NCBI GenBank assembly: GCA_963759165.1
Contig: CAVWXK010000001.1
Location: 3,058,164 to 3,122,163, forward strand
DNA length: 64,000 nt
Source of the DNA: an uncultured Pseudomonadota bacterium
GTDB taxonomy: Bacteria; Desulfobacterota; Binatia; Binatales; Binataceae
Reading direction: 5' to 3'
Under the pieces are notes generated by a model, which did no database searches, was not told the DNA's origin, and worked only from the letters and a program-made list of their open reading frames with translations. Positions 59,274-64,000 of the stretch are shown one piece after another (position 1 is the first letter of the stretch; each line of letters opens with the position of its first letter). The position numbers were made by a program, and so were the translations under genes.

Positions 59274-60367
59274 CTAGCCCTTGAGGAGTTCGGCGCGGGG
59301 GTCGGCCGTATGGCGGGCGCGGCGATGCTCGGCAAGCTGCTCCATCAGCTTCCGCTCCTCACTGGTCAGATCGGTCGGCGCCAGCACCTTGAGCTCGAAG
59401 AGCAGATCGCCCGCCGGCTCCTCGACCCGTCCCGGCAATCCTCGCCCCTTAAGCCGCATCACGCGACCGGTCTGGCTGCCCGCCGGGATGCTCAGCGATA
59501 ACCGCCCGTCGAGCGTCGGCACCGTTATCTCCGCGCCCAGCACCGCTTCGTAGTCCCAGATCGGAAGCTGGCATCTGAGATCGCGTCCGGAGATGCTGAA
59601 CACGCGATGGGGTTGCAGGCGCACGACAATATACAAATCTCCGTTGAGATCGGCGCGGGGGCCGCGTCCGCCCTGCCCCGCGAGACGCATCCGGGTGCCG
59701 TCGACCACGCCGGGCGGAATCGTGACTTCGATTCTGCGCCGATTCTCAATCGCTCCCTGCCCGCCGCACTTGTGGCATGGTTGCGCGGTGCGGACCACAC
59801 GGCGGTTGGCCGCGCGCGCTTCCCGCATCACCATCCCGCTTCCGTTGCAAACGTCGCATTTGTCCTGAGCGGTCAGATCCAGTCGCCGCTTCGACCCGCG
59901 CATCGCTTCTTCGAGCGTGATCGCGGCTTCGGCCTCGACATCGGGCGCGCGCTCGGCTTCGGGCTGAAAGCCGAAGCCGGGGAAACCCGCGCCGGGCCGT
60001 CCCGCCGCGGGGCTGCGCCGGTGCCCGGACGGCCGCCAAAGCCAAAGAAATTCTCGAAGAAATCGCTGAAATCGCCGCCCGCCGGACCTTCTCCGGCCCC
60101 ACGCTCGGCGTAACGCCGGCGCATCTCTTCTTCGGGCGCGCCACGCTCCCAGTCGGCTCCGAGCGCGTCGTATTTCTTGCGCTTCTCAGGGTCGCTCAGG
60201 ACCTGGTAGGCCTCGTTGATTTCCTTGAAGCGGGCCTCGGCGGCCTTGTTGTTGGGATTGACGTCGGGATGGTACTTGCGCGCAAGGCGGCGGTAGGCGG
60301 ACTTGATGTCGGCTTCGGAGGCGTTACGCTCCACGCCCAGCGTCTTGTAGTAGTCGCGAAATTCCAT
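59274..60367 (-). CDS. DnaJ/CbpA-like co-chaperone with a half-size zinc-finger; frame broken near 59985-60000
   Basis: J domain [12 protein letters not shown]...YHPDVNP (ATG 60367), G/F region, then after a shift ...[38 protein letters not shown]..., CDVCNGSG and CHKCGGQG only, and DnaJ C-terminal domains. Total length is 3n+2. Confidence 0.8.
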
Positions 60368-60452
60368 GGCGCTTGCGATGCTACGTTCCAAGATGCGCAC
60401 GAGACACGGACGGCGCAACCGGAACACAAGCACCGTAGCGCAATTGGCGGAG

Positions 60453-60629
60453 CTAACGCGATTGGGTGCCGGCGGAACGCGACGACTCGCGCAAGCGCTC
60501 CAACACCGCATCCATCTCGCCGGCATCGGCCTCCAGCCGGGCCTGACGGCGTGCGATAAACATCACGTAGAGAAAAAGGCCGACAAAGATCAGGCTATAG
60601 GCAGCAACCAGGTAGCCGAGATTATCCAT
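60453..60629 (-). CDS. ccmD: Heme exporter protein D
   Basis: [33 protein letters not shown]: a single TM after ccmC. ATG 60629 is preferred over TTG 60659. Confidence 0.7.
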   Translation of the reverse strand: MDNLGYLVAAYSLIFVGLFLYVMFIARRQARLEADAGEMDAVLERLRESSRSAGTQSR

Positions 60630-60674
60630 CACCTTCCACCTTCCCCGGCCGCCTGCCAAAGCGCCAGATCGCGC

Positions 60675-61359
60675 TTAAGGCCGGTCAGCCGCTGAATGCA
60701 CCCTGAGCATTTTGAAGCGCATGCTCAGGAGCCAAATGAACAGCGTCGTAAACGCCAGCATCGCGATCAGCAGCGCCGCGACCATCCTTGGGTCCTGCAA
60801 TCCGTGTTCGCCCTGGCGCGTGAGCAACACCGCCGGATGGATCGTGCGCCAAAGCCTTACCGATACCACGATAATACGGAACGTCGAGCGCACCGATAAT
60901 TCCTACCACCGCCGCAAAGCGCGCCACCTGCGGGGTATCGCCGCCGAACGCGCGCAGCAACAGGTAGCCGCCGTAAATCAGCCACAGGATGAAGGTCGTG
61001 GTGAGGCGCGAATCCCAGGTCCACCATGCGCCCCAGATGGGCTTGGCCCAGATCGAACCGGTGATCAACACCAGCGTGCAGAACACCATACCGACTTCCA
61101 CCGCGGCATAGCCGAGATCGTCCCAGATCTGACTGCCCAGCCAGAGGTATAGCGCGCCGGCGATCGCCACCAATCCGAAGGAGGCGAACGTGACCATCGC
61201 GCAGGGGACGTGAAAGTAGAAAATCCGCTGCACCATCCCCTGTTCGGCTTCGGTCGGCGCGCCCACCAGGGCCATGTACACCGCCACGACCATCGCCGCG
61301 AGAGTCACCACACCGAGTCCGGTTTGCCAGGCGTTTTTCATCGATGCCTCAGTCCTCAA
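60675..61359 (-). CDS. ccmC: Heme exporter protein C; frame broken by one extra base at about 60876
   Basis: WGAWWTWDSRLT (WGxxWxWD heme-handling motif). ...GALDVP | IIVVSVRLWRTIHP... On the minus strand CCG T ATT ATC. Joins ORFs 60685..61359 and 60675..60893. Confidence 0.9.
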
Positions 61360-62020
61360 CTACCACATAGTCGAAAAGCAGATAGCCGGCCACGACGAAC
61401 AGGACGTCGAACGCGATCATAATCCGGAGCCATCCCGCGAGCTCGGCGATCGAGGCGCCCGACAGCGCCGCCGCGCTCGCCTTGACGCCCGCGATCAGCG
61501 CCGGAACGAAAATCGGCACCACCAGCACCGGCAGCAGCAGATCGCCCGCGCGGGTGCGGCTGGCGATCGTCGCCAGCAGCGTGCTGATCGCGGCGAAGCC
61601 CAACGCTCCCAGCACGACCGGCGGCACGAGCAGCGCGAGCCGAACTCCGAACTCGAGATTGAAGAACAGCATCAGCAGGATGACCGCGGCGACCTCCGCC
61701 ACCATCATGAAGATGAAGGCCGCGGCGAGCTTCGCGGCGTAAATCTGCGCGCAATCGATCGGGCTCAGCAAAAGGCCCAGGATACAACTGTTGTCGCGCT
61801 CGGCGACCAGCGCCCGGCTCGCGCCCAGCATCCCGGCAAAGATCAGTGCGACCCACAGCGCTCCGGCGGCGAGATCCGCGGTGCGACCTCCGGCCGGATT
61901 GAACGCCAGCACCAGCACCACCAGAATCAGCATCGAGAGCGCGATCAGCGTGATCGTGCTGTCGCCGGTGCGCATTTCGAGCTTGAGATCTTTGCGCAGG
62001 ATGGCGCCGAAACCGCCCAT
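61349..62020 (-). CDS. ccmB: Heme exporter protein B
   Basis: Probable start MGGFGAILRKDLKLEMR (ATG 62020, 4 nt after the ccmA stop). Six-TM CcmB-like protein. Confidence 0.85.
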   Translation of the reverse strand: MGGFGAILRKDLKLEMRTGDSTITLIALSMLILVVLVLAFNPAGGRTADLAAGALWVALIFAGMLGASRALVAERDNSCILGLLLSPIDCAQIYAAKLAAAFIFMMVAEVAAVILLMLFFNLEFGVRLALLVPPVVLGALGFAAISTLLATIASRTRAGDLLLPVLVVPIFVPALIAGVKASAAALSGASIAELAGWLRIMIAFDVLFVVAGYLLFDYVVVED

Positions 62021-62024
62021 CACG

Positions 62025-62714
62025 TCACCCCGCCGACAACGAGCGCAGGCGCGCGCCGCGTCCTTCTTCGCCGTACGGAGCAAGCCGCCCGCGAACCAGC
62101 TCGAACATCTCGAAGCGCAACCCGCCGAGTTCCATCGGCGCATGCGCGGTGATCAATACCGCACGCCGCCGCGCGATCGCCTCCTTGATCAGCCCCGTCA
62201 CCATCGCGACGCCGTCGCCGTCGAGCGCGGCAAACGGCTCATCCAGCAGGAGCAAGTCGGGCTCCGCAAACATCGCGCGCGCGATCGCCAGACGCTGCTC
62301 CATCCCGCGCGAAAAGGTGCGCACGCGCTTGTCCGCCGCGGCCGTCAGGCCCACGCGATCGAGCCATTGCGAGGCGCATTCGGATGGCGACCGCAGCGAA
62401 TAAAGTTCGGCGTAGAACTCCAGGTTCTCGCGCGCGCTCAGGTTCGGATAGAGCATGCTCTGATGGGCCAGGACGCCGACGCGGCGTTCGCCGGCCTTCG
62501 CCGCGCGACTATCGAGGCCGAAGATCAACGACTGCCCGCTGGTCGGAGCGATCAGGCCGGCCAAGGTTTTTATCAGGGTGGATTTGCCGACTCCGTTGCG
62601 GCCGATGATTTGCACGCCTTCGCCCGGATCGACCTTCAACTCGACTCCGGAGAATACCGGCGTCGTGCCGTAGAGTTTGGCAAGCCCGCGCGTTTCGAGG
62701 ATTGGCTGACTCAT
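62025..62714 (-). CDS. ccmA: Heme ABC exporter ATP-binding protein
   Basis: Walker A GRNGVGKSTL, signature FSRGMEQRLAIA, Walker B LLLLDEP. Confidence 0.9.
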   Translation of the reverse strand: MSQPILETRGLAKLYGTTPVFSGVELKVDPGEGVQIIGRNGVGKSTLIKTLAGLIAPTSGQSLIFGLDSRAAKAGERRVGVLAHQSMLYPNLSARENLEFYAELYSLRSPSECASQWLDRVGLTAAADKRVRTFSRGMEQRLAIARAMFAEPDLLLLDEPFAALDGDGVAMVTGLIKEAIARRRAVLITAHAPMELGGLRFEMFELVRGRLAPYGEEGRGARLRSLSAG

Positions 62715-62716
62715 AC

Positions 62717-63187
62717 TTAAGCGGACTCGGACTTCGAGCGGTTAGCTTCCATTGATTGCAGCGCCATTCCGCATCCGGCGCAAAAATTGGCGGCGGACGC
62801 GAGCTTGCTCCCGCATCCGGGGCAGAATCGCGCTTGCGGTGTCGGACGGCGCGCCACCTTTGACAATACCGGCCGCGCCGCCGAAGCGGGAGTAGCCGCG
62901 GCCCTGCTTTCGCCCCGCAGCTTTTCGAGGGCGGCCATCGCCGTCAGCGCCCTGTCCTCGAGTTGACGGCGCAACTCCCGGCAATCGTCCTCCGATACCT
63001 TGTCCATTTCGCGATCGAATTCGAGCTCACGAAGCCCCTGAAGCGCCAGCGCGCGCTCGTGCTCGAGGCGCATCAGCTCGGGATCGACCGAGCGCTCGCG
63101 CTTCATCCTGAAGCCGCCCACCAGCGGCGACGCGACGAACAGCGACACGCCTATAACCATCAGAACCGCCGCAATCGCATAAACCAT
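62717..63187 (-). CDS. Membrane-anchored CcmI-N-like coiled-coil protein with a C-terminal zinc ribbon
   Basis: N-terminal TM (AIAAVLMVIGVSLFVASPLV). LRELEFDREMDKVSEDDCRELRRQLEDRAL resembles the CcmI/CycH N-terminal module. C-terminal CPGCGSKLASAANFCAGCG. Confidence 0.5.
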   Translation of the reverse strand: MVYAIAAVLMVIGVSLFVASPLVGGFRMKRERSVDPELMRLEHERALALQGLRELEFDREMDKVSEDDCRELRRQLEDRALTAMAALEKLRGESRAAATPASAARPVLSKVARRPTPQARFCPGCGSKLASAANFCAGCGMALQSMEANRSKSESA

Positions 63188-63190
63188 GAT

Positions 63191-63694
63191 TCACAACCGC
63201 CTGCGCAATTCGTTTTCGAGCTGGTCCCGCAGGGCGTCGTCGAATTGCCCGGATGGCGCGACCGGTTTCCCTGACGACGGATGCGTCCCGCCACGCCAGC
63301 GTCCGACCGCCAGAACGATCAGCACGCCGCCCGCCAGAACCATAACGAACGGCATCGTCCAGGCCAGGATATTGAAGCCTTCGGTGGTCGGCGCGGAGAG
63401 AATCTTCTCGCCGTACTTCTCGCGGAACGAAGCCAGGATCGCCGCGCGGCTCATCCCCTTGTCAAGCATCGTCTGGATTTCGCGGCGCAGCGGGACGGCG
63501 AAACTGCAATTCGGATGGTTGCAGTTGGCGACCGTCAAACCGCATCCGCACTGACAAGTGAGCCCTTCCGAAACGTCCTGCAACGTGGTTTTGGCCGACC
63601 CCATGACCGAAGCGGACTCGATCGCGGCTGCGATGAACACCAGCGCCAGGCAGACCTGCGCGATGCGTCGAAATCGGAACTCCCGCGGCTTCAA
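63191..63694 (-). CDS. ccmH: Cytochrome c biogenesis protein CcmH/NrfF family (Cys-rich variant)
   Basis: Signal/TM, LTCQCGCGLTVANCNHPNCSF...REIQTMLDKGMSRAAILASFREKYGEKILSAP, C-terminal TM. Positioned between ccmF and ccmA. Confidence 0.8.
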   Translation of the reverse strand: MKPREFRFRRIAQVCLALVFIAAAIESASVMGSAKTTLQDVSEGLTCQCGCGLTVANCNHPNCSFAVPLRREIQTMLDKGMSRAAILASFREKYGEKILSAPTTEGFNILAWTMPFVMVLAGGVLIVLAVGRWRGGTHPSSGKPVAPSGQFDDALRDQLENELRRRL

Positions 63695-64000
63695 GTATCA
63701 ACCCCCTGAGATGCGGCGGGTTCGCCGCGCACCTGGGCCGCGGCGTGCCGGCGCGATGCGGCGGCGATCGCTTCGCGCTCGCGCGCGTTGGGCCACATCG
63801 CGACCACCGTGCCGCCCGCCATCGTGACTCCGCCCAGCCATAGCCAGAACACCAGCGGCGTCAGGAAGACGTCAAATGTGACCATGCCGGTCTGATCGTC
63901 GAGACCGGCCAGCACCACGTACAGGTCGGCGGCGGGCGTCGAGCGAATCGCCACCTGAGTGGCGGGCTGCTCAGGCCTCTTGTAGATGAGTTTCGCGGGC
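63691..64000 (-). CDS. ccmF: Cytochrome c heme lyase subunit CcmF, C-terminal part (gene continues beyond the window)
   Basis: Frame stays open upstream of the track's GTG (…PAKLIYKRPEQPATQVAIRSTPAADLYVVLAGLDDQTGMVTFDVFLTPLVFWLWLGG...). ATGA-type overlap with ccmH. Confidence 0.8.
   Translation of the reverse strand, partial: PAKLIYKRPEQPATQVAIRSTPAADLYVVLAGLDDQTGMVTFDVFLTPLVFWLWLGGVTMAGGTVVAMWPNAREREAIAAASRRHAAAQVRGEPAASQGVDT

Noticed and set aside
1-64000. Search for mobile elements, prophage, toxin-antitoxin, restriction-modification, CRISPR-Cas or other defence islands, and for tRNA/rRNA genes
   Set aside because: No transposase, integrase, recombinase, nuclease-helicase or cas-like ORFs were seen, and no terminal inverted repeats or tRNA-like sequences were recognised in any intergenic region. 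The window reads as core chromosome plus one envelope-glycosylation accessory cluster.

Overview
GC-rich bacterial chromosomal segment with Gram-negative-type gene content (Ccm system I, KirBac-type channel). The taxon cannot be fixed from sequence alone; the Ehr-like operon and the ccm/cdaA context resemble Deltaproteobacteria-like or related uncultured lineages.

Layout:
- (i) 1-6.5 kb: the 3' part of a hyf/hyc-like membrane complex operon. Its 'hydrogenase large subunit' has lost all [NiFe] cysteine ligands (Ehr-type).
- (ii) 6.7-16.2 kb, minus strand: kdpFABC followed by a non-canonical regulatory module. It consists of a soluble KdpD-N/USP protein, an extra free-standing USP protein, a HAMP-PAS histidine kinase and a sigma54-type response regulator.
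- (iii) 16.8-25.9 kb: a divergently transcribed cluster of four polytopic GT-C-like (ArnT/PMT/YfhO-like) membrane proteins. They carry three paralogous N-terminal CBM-like modules and one C-terminal PA14 domain.
- (iv) 26.3-33.4 kb: two paralogous membrane PAS histidine kinases. The second has nine PAS domains, including a strict 366-nt tandem array.
- (v) 33.4-64 kb: dense housekeeping genes. These are gltX, guaA, der, era, rnc, mtaB, mnmA, a nifS/iscS-like gene, a HEAT-repeat protein, cimA, lysC, tsaE, nnr, pdxJ, glmM, cdaR, cdaA, folP, a KirBac channel, ftsH, tilS, a dnaJ-like gene, ccmDCBA, a ccmI-like zinc-ribbon gene, ccmH and the 3' part of ccmF (the gene runs past the window's right edge).

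No rRNA, tRNA, CRISPR, transposase, integrase, phage or recognisable defence genes were seen. At least eight frame disruptions (most consistent with single-base indels) interrupt seven otherwise conserved genes, among them ftsH and folP, which are essential in model bacteria. This points to consensus errors rather than real pseudogenes. Most long antisense or alternate-frame ORFs in the track are GC-driven artefacts.
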